This document shows, in pieces, positions 24,170 to 36,186 of a DNA stretch of 64,000 nt. This DNA is from Chrysemys picta bellii. Taxonomy: Eukaryota. The notes under the pieces were generated by a model. It was not told where the DNA came from. It did no database searches and saw only the letters and a program-made list of their open reading frames with translations. The stretch is taken from contig NC_088798.1 in NCBI RefSeq assembly GCF_011386835.1, positions 64,728,001 to 64,792,000 on the forward strand. Reading direction: 5' to 3'. The translations under genes were made by a program, and so were the position numbers. Every line of letters begins with the position of its first letter. Position 1 is the first letter of the stretch.

Positions 24170-25893
24170 GTACGAATTGTTTCTTTTTAGAAGTAGGTGA
24201 CAGTATATCTTAACCAAGAGATCCTCAAGAATGTATAAAAGCTTACAAGGACAATGTCAGTATTTTTAAACTTTGTTTAGTGACTGTATTGAGCACAAAT
24301 CTTTAGAAATAGTCATGTTTTGTTACTCTAAAACAGTTATGTAAAAGCTGCATATTTGATATTTTTCATTTTGTAATTATTGTTCTGTAATTAAACTTTA
24401 GGTGATTTCTTTTTCTGTAAATTAGTGGGAAGCTTAGACCCTTTCCCTTCCATCTTAATTTCTTAAATTTATTTTTCTCGAAAAATAAATAATTGGTATA
24501 AGTAATCTGAAGGCGATGGATACGATTTTCCAGAAGGGCCTCCTCAAGTCCCATTTTCAAAAATTATTTAAGCTCTTCTGCTTCTAAATCACATAAGCAT
24601 TTTTGAAAATTTTCCCTTGTGTTTATACAGATCTATACCTGATTACTTACTTCTTTTGGACTCTTATTTCCAGTCCTTATAAATGTAGGTCACCCTGCTT
24701 TGAAAAGGAATGAATTGACAGATGCTGTGAGAGGTGTTTGAGGGGCTGGGAACCCCCTGTAGATAGTCATGGTTGCGTAAGAGTTTCCATTCCAACTCCC
24801 TGCTTTCAGTAATTTAAAGCTTCTGAAATGTATTTCAGCTGAAATCTTCCAGGCTAGGTCTTGGTCCAAGAGGGACATTTCTTTTTAGAATGTTTAAGCA
24901 AAAGTTTTGTTTGCTACACTGGTGCCTTCAGAAAGCACAATACATAAGGAAGGTGGATGAAAAAAAGTATACTGGGAAGTCCTATATATCAGCCACATTA
25001 GATAAGGCTTTGCCTCAGGCTTGTATTTTTTTTTTTTTTTTTTACATATGCTCTGCCTTCCTTAATGTATTTAGAGGGTGAAAATTGAAACTGCTTGAGC
25101 ATGCTTTAAATTGATTCAGTAGTCTCCCTACCCCAAATGTACTAAAGTAGTTTGCAGAGCAATTGGCAATGCAAGGTAATAGAAGCAATTAGACTTCAAA
25201 CACAAGGGTTTTTTTAAACATCCTATTTCCACTAGGTCCTTAAGCATTTTAAGCATCGTCTTGTCAAAATGTAGTTCTTGACAAGTGACTTATCAGGGAT
25301 AGGATATTTATATTGCTATGGTAACTATTAATTTTCCCCCTGAATTTCAAGAGTTCTAAACAATGTATCACAAGTATTATTGCCTTCAGACTTTCATTGG
25401 AAGTCTTTTAACTACTGCTATTTGAACACATGTTAAATCCCATTTAATGAACTTATTATAAATAAGATACATTGGTTTCATTTTTGTTATGCACTTTACA
25501 GAAGGGAATAGTTAGAAATCATCATAGTGGGATGTATAGTATAGTATTACAAAAGATTATTGGATGCAATTAGAACTCTTAGAACTGCTAAAGATTTTCA
25601 ATAAAGCTTTTCATGCAGAAATCTGACACAGCTAAACTGTTGCTTTTACTCTGTTTCAAGTGCTATGTAGAGAATAGCTTTCTGCATTATAGAATAAGAT
25701 CTCCTAACTACTGTAAATGTTTTCTTTGTATTTAGTCAGCATGTAAGCAATTTTTTCATAAGCCTATGGCTCTGTAGTGTCTGTTGCCTTCGTGGATAAA
25801 ATGGAATTATAATTTGATAAATAGTATGGTACATGTTAGCAGAATCCCACATACTGAACTAAGTGGGGATAAACCAACTTATTTTAAACACAG

Positions 25894-25998
25894 GATCAGC
25901 GGCAAACAGAAGCCATCCAACTGCTACAAGCCCAGCTGACCAACATGACACAGCTAGTTTCCAATCTGTCAACAACTGTGGCTGAACTAAAACATGAG
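25894..25998 (+). CDS. SUCO: SUCO exon: [35 protein letters not shown]
   Basis: cacag| and |gtaatt; 105 nt; phase 0-0; coiled coil. Confidence 0.96.
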
Positions 25999-27533
25999 GT
26001 AATTAGAATTTAACAATATGGCATGAGACACTTTTGTATAAAATATTTCTTGGGTTGTTGGTGGCTGAGTCTTGCTGGGGTACAACTGAATCTGCAAGGA
26101 GTTGCAGGTAGCATTGCTTTCAGCCCCCTTTGGCTGCCAGTCAAGTATTTAGTCAGTGTGAGTTTTCTTGGTTGCAGCAGGACTGCTAATAAAATAGCTG
26201 CTGAAATATGGGGAAAAGGGGCTGGAGGAGTATAGAATGTAGTAATGGGTGGAAGATTAGGTATTAGGTTGACCTAATACCTGGAGCTCATGCCTTAATG
26301 GTGAGGGCTTTTGGTCAAGTGAGGTGGAGAAGCAGCAGCTCACTCTCTGATGCATGGTGCCTCCAGCTAAAATGAGACTAGGCAGCTAATATTTAAATCT
26401 TTGTCTTGATGAATACCAACAGATTCCAAGAAAGAAAACAAAAGCAATTAAAAGCCATTTAATAAAAATGTCATAACTAAACTTAAAACCAACACTATCT
26501 ATTCATTTGTAGTTATTGACTATCAAGTCATTGATTTGCAGTATCAAAAGAATGAAAGGGACTTTCAGAAGTATGCGTGGTATTTCTTAATCTGCATAGA
26601 GACAACTGGAAAAGTGTTAGTTTACCTTTTCATCATACTGCTGCTAAGGATAAATAAAAGACTAATATTTCAGCTTCAAGGCAAATGAACAAGAAGATAA
26701 GAGAGGAAATAACCATTTACAGTTATTCTCCAATCTTTGCCAAGAATTCAGGATTATTAATTATTCTGTGGATTCCCATAAATTATAGTGTAGCAGAATT
26801 ACTGGGCCACATATAAAGTTTCTGTAATGGACCGAAGGAAAAAGTTGAAATTCCATGGAACACCCCTCCAAAATATTTGTTTAATATCAACAGTCTTCAA
26901 GGGCCATATTGCCACAGCTGTGGTCAACAGAGGCACTTGAGCAGGATCCCTGTTGTTAAAGAGTGGGAACAGCAGGCAGGGCATTCAAAAAAACCCAGGT
27001 GGAATAATTCCCCTTTGATTGTAAAGTAATGCCCTTGGGATTTCAGTTTTTTGGTACGATAATAGCAAGCTTAATAAAATTTGTCAGCCAGTGATCTTCA
27101 GAATCAAGCACTATTTATAATGTGTATACATTTAAAAAAAATATCCTCCCACATAGATGAGGCATGGTAAGGTACATGACCCTTCAAAGTTGATTGACCT
27201 TTTAAGGGATCGGCTTTATATAAAATAAGATTAACCAGGTTCTGTGGAGTAGAACAGTGGTTTTTTTTTTTTTTTTCTTCAGAGAAGATAGTTTTATATT
27301 AAAAATGTTCTTACATATCTTAATTTAGGTTTCAGATACATATTTGATATGCTCTTCATGGGAGAAACTATAACTCCATCTGTTTAGAAATCACCTAACC
27401 TACTATGAGGTCTATTACAATTTGAAAAATAAGCATTTGTTTAGTATAGAAGATAGTATACATTTCTGTTAATGAGAAGTTGTTGTAATCTGGGCAGGGT
27501 ATTCAAATATCTCTTCAAAGTTGTCCTGAAATT

Positions 27534-28373
27534 CATAAGAACATAAGAGTGGCCACACTGGGTCAGACCAAAGAGCTATCTAGCCCAGTATCCTGTCTTC
27601 CAACAGTGGCCAATGCCACTTGTCTCAGCGGGAATGAACAGAACAGGTAATCATCAATTGATCGATCCCTTTTGCCCATTCTCAGCTTCTGGCAAACGGA
27701 GGCTAGGGACACCATCCCTGCCCATCCTGGTTAATAGCCATTGTTGGACCTATCCTTCATGAATTTATCTAGTTCTTTTTTGAACCCTGTTATAGTCTTG
27801 CCCTTCACAACATCCTCTGGCAAAGAGTTCCACAGGTTGACTGTGCGTTGTATGAAAAAATACTTCCTTTTGTTTGTTTTAAGCCTTCTGCCTATTAATT
27901 TCATTTGGCGGCCCCTAGTTCTTGTGTTATGAGTAGGAGTAAATAACACTTCCTTATTTACTTCCTCCACACCAGTCATGATTTTATAGACCCCTATCTC
28001 ATCCCCCCCCGAGTCGTCTCTTCCGAGCTGAAAAGTCCCAGTTTTATTAATCTCTCCTAATACAGAAGCTGTTCCATACCTTTTCTGAATCATTTCCAAT
28101 TCCAATATATCTTTTTTGAGATGGGGCGACCACATCTGCACACAGTATTCAAGATGTGGGAATACCATGGAGTTCTATAGAGGCAATATGATATTTTCTG
28201 TCTTATCTATCCCTTTTCAATGATTCCCAATGTTCTGTTTGCTTTTTTGACTGTTGCTGCACATTGAGTGAATGTTTTCAGAGAACTATCCACAGTGACT
28301 TCAAGATCTTTCTTGAGTAGTAACAGCTAATTTAGACCCCATCATTTTATATGTATAGTTGGGATTGTTTTCC
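27534..28373 (-). mobile_element. CR1 LINE 3' fragment (RT C-terminus and 3' UTR)
   Basis: cataagaacataagag terminal octamer repeat; ORF 27731-28168 with [18 protein letters not shown] and [10 protein letters not shown] motifs. Confidence 0.93.
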
Positions 28374-28841
28374 TTAGCATTTTGTTTCACAACAGCTTCT
28401 TGTTGACATCCTGGCAGTTGCCAAACATCTAATAAAGGCACATTGATGAAATATCTTAAGGCCATGTATGAATGTGAATGTGTTTGAACATGTCTTTAAT
28501 GCAGCTAAACTTTTATTTGATCTTAGTGCTGTAAAATGTACTTTGAAAATGCTGGGTATACTGGCTTTAATGGCTGTCAAACTTCACTGGCAGATACACT
28601 TACAGCATATTAAATGCCAGGACTTGACCTGTTGGCTAGATAGCAGACACTTAATGTTGAGAAATGGATATTATGAAGTGAAACAGAGGAAAAAAATAGC
28701 TGGAGATGATTTGAAAACTGATCTATTCATTAAAGTTTACATGAAGCTGAACATGTTCATGATGTAACTGCTAGCTCCATTGTATTTAAACTCCTCTTAT
28801 TTAGTCTTTAGTTTTTATAAATAAATCCAATTATTTTTCAG

Positions 28842-28996
28842 GTGTCTGACCGACAAAGCTATCTTGTGATTTCTTTGGTTCTCAGTGTCATCCTGGGTTT
28901 GATGCTTTGCATGCAGCGTTGCAGAAATACATCTCAGTTCAATGAAGATTACCTCTCAAAAATCCCCAAAAGTAATCACTACCCAAGCCCCAAAAG
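28842..28996 (+). CDS. SUCO: SUCO exon with transmembrane helix: [29 protein letters not shown]...YPSPK(R)
   Basis: tttcag| and |gtaatc; 155 nt; hydrophobic stretch [18 protein letters not shown]. Confidence 0.96.
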
Positions 28997-29421
28997 GTAA
29001 TCCCTGACATTTTAATCAATTCTTACAACATTATATTTACACTTTATCTAGCATTTGATAGTTGCTCACTTACTCTATTTCCATCCAGTTGAATGATGTT
29101 TGTCCATTTTAATTATACCAGTCTGTGCTTTTATGTAAATTCAGAAGTTTGGGTTCTGATAAACAAAAGGCATACCCTTTAACATCTAGACTTCTATAGA
29201 AGAATAGTTCCTGTGAAGGAGTTTATACAAAGTAGCACCTTTTATTTGCAATAGGGTCTAACATCACTAATGTAGGAATGGGATCAGATCCTGGATGTGG
29301 AGAGAGCACAGCATCTCATTCTCCAGCAGCTTTCTTTGGCCATCAGAAAGAGCACCACTGACAAAGTCCAGAGCAGTTTTGAGAAACCTTGCCATGGGGA
29401 AGGCTTGCTGCAGTGTGAAGG

Positions 29422-29538
29422 TGTAACACCGACAGAGCCCGGTCGCCAGCAGGCGGAATCGAACCTGGAATGTCTGGAGCTAAATGCATGAGCTAAAAGC
29501 CACATGACTGTTAACTAAGACTGTAGAGCAGACTCCTT

Positions 29539-29574
<36 letters not shown>

Positions 29575-29622
29575 GTCTTGGTGCTATGAAATGGGACAGA
29601 GCACCACACCCAGGAGGTTACA
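29422..29622. mobile_element. Short interspersed repeat with TGTAAC...GTTACA termini, an antisense tRNA-like segment and an internal (TC)15
   Basis: 6-bp inverted ends; ggcggaatcgaacctgg B-box on the minus strand; no TSD found. Confidence 0.45.
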
Positions 29623-29709
29623 AAAATATAAGGAGTGGTAATGGGGGAAGTAAGTGTCTCCCAAGAAAACTCTGGGAAACGGAACTTACTGTGTTTTTTG
29701 TCATTACAG

Positions 29710-29801
29710 ATGTTTTTCCTCCTATGATGATATGAATCTGAAAAGAAGAACTTCTTTTCCACTTGTCAGGTCCCAATCTTTTCAACTAACTAGCAAAGAA
29801 G
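29710..29801 (+). CDS. SUCO: SUCO exon: (R)[30 protein letters not shown]
   Basis: tacag| and |gtatgt; 92 nt. Confidence 0.95.
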
Positions 29802-30329
29802 GTATGTTTCATGTACAGCTAATTCTTCCTAGTGATGGTTGTAAAGTCTGTACCATATGAGTTATGCATTGTAGATGTAGGATCATGTAGTTTGTAAACC
29901 AGTTTCAAAAAAGGTAATCAAGAAGCACTCTACTTGTACGCTACTGAAGTCTATCACTGTACATTGGGAAATACTGAATTGAAGTAGTTCAGTGGGTAAT
30001 ACTGTCTTTTTTTTTTTTTTTTTTTTTTTTTAATAATCTCTAAAACAGAAATTTATAAAAGTTCTCTGAGTTCAGTGCAAAAAAATCAATTGTTTAGGGT
30101 TACTACCGTGGAATTAACACAAGCTTTCATTTGAAAAAATAATCTTCGAACATTTTACAAATGTAAACAAAATGCTAACTCCACAAGGTCAGCCACCTCA
30201 AGAGTAAAAGCACTTTATTTTTAATATTTTAAAAGCAAACACTAATGCTAAACAGATTATTTAGGAAAGAGGAGAATAGCAAGCCATTGAAACTGCAGGG
30301 AAACTTTAGATGGGCAAAATGTAATAAAG

Positions 30330-30515
30330 TTAGAATTTGGTTAAGACACAGGGTCTAACACTCTTACAGAAATACTTTGATATTTATAAAGATAAAAGGC
30401 AGGACTTTGGTTTTAATGTCTCCTCCATCTTTGTACATTTGGGGCATTAGTTCAAAACTGACTGAGCGCATGCACCGTTTGAAGCCTCTAGCACAGTAAT
30501 CCATTGGCCTGACCT
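30330..30515 (-). mobile_element. Ancient Deu-domain/AmnSINE-like SINE fragment, highly diverged
   Basis: Resemblance recognised from memory (caggactttggttttaatgtctcctcc...tggggcattagttcaaaactgactgag); not verifiable within the window. Confidence 0.35.
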
Positions 30516-33311
30516 TGTTTAGCTAGAAAGTGGAGGTCAGAGTGCTATGTGATACTACTGCACTATATGCTCACTTTAACATAAGACTCCTCAGCAAGGC
30601 AAAAAATTTTAACTCCCTTAATCTTGGAACTTTTAAAAAGAAATACAAGGAATGCTGCATGCTTTACTTAAAAAATAAATAAATAAAAAGAGAGAAACCT
30701 TTTTGGCATGAGTTACACAGCTGAATTTGGAGTTTCAGAAGTAGACAAGCCAATTCTATAAGGCAGTCATGAAACATTTTTTTCCTGTAAACCCTGAAAT
30801 ATAGTACTTAAGTTTTTGCTGTTCTAGATTCATTGAGTTGGATTTCCATTTTTTGGTAGCAAGTGAATACTCCGATACCAGACTAGTTAAAAAAATTCTC
30901 ATTTGTCTTGTTCGTTTTTCTATGTCAGCATAGATATTGGCCAGCAACTATATTTCCAGTCTCTTTTTTTTAATCCCCCATTTTAGTGTACATGAACCTA
31001 TGTGGAAACTACTTCCTGCTTCAGGAGCAGTGTGTCAGAAAAGAAAAGAGTAAATCCGGAGAGTCCAGTGGTCAATTACCAAGCCTTGAAAATAATCAAG
31101 TGGGGGTAGAAATCAGACATTGCAGAGCTGAATTCTTACTCTAAATTAAATGGAGAGCACGTTTATATTTGGGAGTCTTAAGAAACTGGGTTCATTTTAG
31201 AATAGTATTGTCAACATTGAATAAACGAATTGTGGTTCAAAGAATATTGCCAAATATTTTTAAACTAAATGAGGGCACAGAATATGTAAACTAACCTCCT
31301 ATATAAAACCTGTGTATAATTATAGACTTAACTTGAATTTGAGTATTGTTATACCTAGTGCCTAAATGCTATGGTGGAAGCTTAATTTTTTCTCAAAGTC
31401 CAAGATTTTCTGAAATGTGAGCCTAAATTTAAGCTCCTAAATAAGTGAGTACACAGCAGCTCCCATTCAATCCATACTTCATCAGAAACGTGCACTTACA
31501 GTACTCCATACTCTGCAGAGAAGAATGTGTGTTGTTAAATCAGGCATCTGGTTGAGTTTATATAAACTGGGGGATACTAAATTAAAAAAAGGTAATGTTC
31601 TGAGAGATTGCTGTTGAGAGTTTTTTTTCCATTCTTTTTGAGGTCCTTGATGATACTAAGTATACATTTACAAACCCCTCCATTACTTCCCAACGGCCAA
31701 GCAAAAATATTGTAAACATGTTTTATTTGATATGTTCAATAATATAATATTAAATACCAAGGACTCTGCCATAGTTAGATTTACACTTCATATCTCCTAA
31801 ATTTGGGGTCACTGTCTTTAAGGAGCTAACATCATCTGCACTTGGTATGTTGCTATTTTTGAAGGATCACTTCCCCAGATCACGTATCTTCACTCTCTAG
31901 CACTCCAAAAGCGGGGGAAATTAGCTCATAACTAAGCCATATTATTCTAAGAGGAGCTCTGGAAGGAAAAATCTGAGCCTGATAGAATGTTGACCTTAAC
32001 TTTAATTTACACTTGTCAGTATCCACAACTCTCTATGCACTGGCATGTTTACAGTTTGTGTGTGTGTATCTGAAAAAAATAAATCCAATCTAAAATATAG
32101 CATTCTATAATATGTTGATTTGTAACAACCCTGAAGGAGTTTAGGTTCCGAAAACATTGAGGAAAATGTTTTGGGTGCCCAGCTTGAGACCATTTAAAAA
32201 GATCATAACTCTCGGTGGTGCTGAACACAGGTCTTCAAGTGGCACAAGCTGAGCAACCAAAATATTAAGGCATCCAAATTCACTAGTGACTTTGCCTCTT
32301 TCACAGATGAAATCTTTTTTCCAGCTTTCATGTTAAAGGAAAATGGAATCCAATTTCCTCAGATCAGCGCCCTGCTAAAATAAATGAAGTGCTTCTAATC
32401 GCCAATTAACGAAGAAATTGTGCTCCCCCCCTCCCCCCTTGTGCTTATGGTATGAGCAAAATCACTTCAGATTTTTTTCTACCTGTGTGAGCCAAAAGAA
32501 ACCACACAAACAAAAGTGAGAGTGAATTTCGAAAGTGTAGTTATGGAGACCACCTAACGCCCAAATTACTTTCTTTACTAATATCCTACATGTTTGGTGT
32601 TCTACACCTTTGTGCTTGGCAGCATGATAATGAAAATATTGAAGGCATGGTATGCTGCTGTCGTGTCAGTCTGTTTCTTACAGCCCTAGGTACACATTGT
32701 GATGCCTCCAATTATATCCTGCTATACACATGCTTTCTGTTACGTAGCATTAACTCTTATTTGTGATGTAACCTTTTCCAAAATATTTCTGCAGAAGAAT
32801 CTTTAGTTATATGGTCTTTCAGCACAAGCAAGTTTGTTTAATACTGAGCTTATTAGGAAGATGATCAGTGAACTTCTGAGGAGAATTGTGCAAGAAAGCC
32901 AGAAAAAAGCACCTTTATTTAATAAAGAAATGCTTAAATCTGCCCCAAATACAAGGTCCTTGAACACTCCCCTTTCTTCCCTCTGAAAATATATTCTGCA
33001 AATCTTGCCTATGGTCTAATCCCTCAAATGAGATCTGAAATTGCAACATTATATAATTGGGTAGAAATTAGCTACTCTGGAGAGAGAACTTTATACTGAA
33101 CGTTTTGATGAGTTTACTTTCCATGCACATGCATCTTGTTCCTATCTAATATCTAATCCAGAGTATTAAGATGTATGCATGGAAAGCAGAGTAATAGTCC
33201 TTGGGAGGAGGAATGAAATCTCCTATATAGTTTCATGGTTTTAGAAATTAGCATCTGTGGTTTCAGTTAAATTTTATTGTCCTTTCATATGTAGCCTTTC
33301 TTTTCTTATAG

Positions 33312-33367
33312 TGGATCCAGATGACTTCTACATTGTAGAACCTCTGAAGTTTTCACCAGAAAAAAAG
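33312..33367 (+). CDS. SUCO: SUCO exon: (V)DPDDFYIVEPLKFSPEKK
   Basis: cttatag| and |gtatag; 56 nt. Confidence 0.95.
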
Positions 33368-33509
33368 GTATAGTAGCTTCCTTCCAGTTTTTGCAAGAAA
33401 AAAGTGTTTTGAAAACCCTACCAGTAGATGGTGCTTTTGTCGGTCACTTATCTACAATCAGGCTTGAAAGAATTAGGTTTTTATCGGTAAATGTCAGTAA
33501 ATACTGATT

Positions 33510-33516
<7 letters not shown>

Positions 33517-33588
<72 letters not shown>
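33517..33588. repeat. (CA)36 microsatellite in the last SUCO intron
   Basis: Direct reading. Confidence 0.97.
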
Positions 33589-33589
<1 letters not shown>

Positions 33590-33957
33590 TTACATCAATG
33601 ATAATAAAAATTTACAGATAGGCATAGCAAGAAAAATGCTGCCTGAGAACTTCAGTTTGATTAAAAGATATTTACTTTGTGTATTTTGCCATGTGATGAT
33701 GATTTGTTTTACAGTTAAAGCTTTAACTTTTTGAATTTCAGCATCTACAATCATTACAAAATGCTGGCCCCTCCCCATAATTTACTGCAACTGTGAAAAT
33801 TTAAATAAAAATTTAAAAATGCTTAAAATAAACATCAGTATTATCTATCAATTACAAGAGTTCTGCCAAGCCTATGTATGACCTACCAGTATTCATACTT
33901 GATATTCTTTCCTGTTTGCGTTGCACAATCTAATTGTTTCCTTTTTTTCTGCTTTAG

Positions 33958-34404
33958 AAGAAACGTTGCAAATATAAAAGTGAAAAGATTGAGACTATCA
34001 AACCAGCATCAGAGCCTCTGCATCCATTAGCCAATGGGGAAATAAAAGGAAGGAAACCCTTTACGAACCAGAGAGATTTCTCTAATATTGGAGAGGTATA
34101 TCACTCCTCATATAAGGGTCCTCCATCTGAAGGAAGCTCAGAAACCTCATCACAATCTGAGGAATCCTATTTTTGTGGCATTTCAGCATGCACAACTCTG
34201 TGCAACGGACAGACCCAAAAGACAAAAACTGAGAAGAGGGCTTTAAAACGAAGGCGATCTAAGGTTCCAGACCAAGGGAAGTTCATAAAAACTCTAATAC
34301 AGACTAAGACAGGGTCAATGCCAAGCCTGCATGACATAATCAAAGGAAACAAGGATATAACAGTAGGAACACTTGGTGTCACAGCAGTTTCTGGACAAAT
34401 CTAA
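33958..34404 (+). CDS. SUCO: SUCO terminal coding exon: [10 protein letters not shown]...[12 protein letters not shown]
   Basis: ctttag| acceptor; 149 codons including TAA at 34402-34404; conserved [27 protein letters not shown]. Confidence 0.96.
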   Translation, partial: KKRCKYKSEKIETIKPASEPLHPLANGEIKGRKPFTNQRDFSNIGEVYHSSYKGPPSEGSSETSSQSEESYFCGISACTTLCNGQTQKTKTEKRALKRRRSKVPDQGKFIKTLIQTKTGSMPSLHDIIKGNKDITVGTLGVTAVSGQI

Positions 34405-35960
34405 AACTAGTCGAACTTCTCATACAGGAGATTTTTTGTTCATCTGAGAACAGTCTGTATCTTGTGGGAGAGTGGTGGGAGAAGAGATGAACTAACTGGA
34501 AAGTATTCAGAAATTATGGTTTCTGCCTCTTTTAAATAGATGGGATTGTGTCAATCTTGGTTATGAGTTTCAGCTTTACAAGGCTGACGACTTCCTATGT
34601 GGACAGCTTAGGGGTGGGAGGGATCATTTTATAAAGCTTTTTTCACAATTACTGGGGCAAAGATTGTTGAAGCCCAGTTTGTTGGGTGGAATAGGGATAA
34701 AAGCTTAATCCTCTTCCTTTAGCTTTGTTCCTATTTCTTGCACCTTCCCGTATTTATGTGCCTTTTGTCTATTTATAATGCCACTGGAAGAGGGAGGAAG
34801 ATAAAACTGTCATTTGATTTCTTTTGTAACTTCTCTCGCTTTTTTGAGGATGCAACACTACAGTGCTGTAAAAGGACGTGTTGGCGTTCAGCTGGACTCA
34901 GTAATGTGGGCTGGATACTGTAGAAATACTAACATGGTAGACTTGCTGATTAGATCTCCGTTTTGAAAACTCACTTGGGGAAAATATCTTGTTAGAAGGA
35001 TTTGTAATGCCATTAATTGCATTTTTAATCAATTTCAGATGTGTATTTTATTTAGATGCATTAAATTAATGACAGCTGTACAGTAGCACTCACTGTATGT
35101 GAAGGATCTCATACTGACAAACATGCCTTTGTTTCCCAGACTGACTTTTGGAATTCTCTGTTACGATATTTAACCAAAAAGGATTGATGCTTTATTTTGG
35201 TCACTCTGTTTTCTGTTCTAAGAATTTGGAAATTGGGCACTATCTACAAGGAGAAATGTAAGGGTGACTAGGTACAGCTGCAGATATAACTATCCTAACC
35301 AGTGCTGCGTACAAGTGCACATGACAAACGAAAGTGAGTTTGCCAAGCCTTGAAGTCTAACAGCTCAAGTCTATTTAAAAGTGGATATTTCCATAAAGTT
35401 TGCTTTTGTATTGGCTAACACATGTGCAGTGTGTGTATGTGTGTGTGTATGTATGTATGTTTTGGTACTTTCATATGAGTGTTTTTTATTTTGACCATGA
35501 TTGTATATTTGGATAAAATAGAATGTGTGACAGCATAAAATGTTGTGAATGTGTAGCTGAGTGAATGGGACAAAAGGTTTTCCTTTTTGAGAGGAGTTAT
35601 AGGTTCATGTTGTAAAACTAAGTTAACTTATTAAGCACTTTTAGTGGTACCCTTTTTTAAACAGATTGAATGCCTTTTCTGGGTATTGTATGTAATGTGA
35701 CTTATTTAAAGCCTTTGTTTTTGCTGCTTTCATGTTAGTTTATAAATACTTTAAAGTGATGTACTTTTAGAGTCAGTCTGCACAATTAGCCATTCAGAGC
35801 ACATGGATCTGATTGATAGAACATGTAATCAGAAAGAGCTTCAAACAAGAATGAAGAAAAAATGTTTATACTATCTGAGTGCAGCATACAACATTGTGGA
35901 ACAAGAATATGTAACTACAGAGCTGTAGTGCCATTAGAAACTGTGAATTTCCAAATAAAT
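34405..35960 (+). other. SUCO: Probable SUCO 3' UTR; 3' end uncertain
   Basis: Follows the stop codon; AU/U-rich, no recognisable repeat; candidate polyA signals ATTAAA ~35060, TATAAA 35741-35746, AATAAA 35954-35959. Confidence 0.55.
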
Positions 35961-36048
35961 CTGAACACTTGTCTTATAAATTTAGTGGCATTTCTTTTCT
36001 TTTATAAATCACATATTAATGGGTTGAAGCTCAAACTCATGAAGCAGT

Positions 36049-36184
36049 AAAAAGAAGAACAGGAGTACTTGTGGCACCTTAGAGACTAACAAATTTATTA
36101 GAGCATAAGTCTCTAAGGTGCCACAAGTACTCCTGTTCTTCTTTTTGCGGATACAGACTAACACGGCTGCTACTCTGAAACCTG
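36049..36184. mobile_element. 136-bp fold-back Penelope-like terminal-repeat insertion
   Basis: Perfect 39-bp inverted arms 36049-36087 / 36108-36146; 12-bp TSD TCATGAAGCAGT at 36037-36048 and 36185-36196. Confidence 0.9.
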
Positions 36185-36186
36185 TC

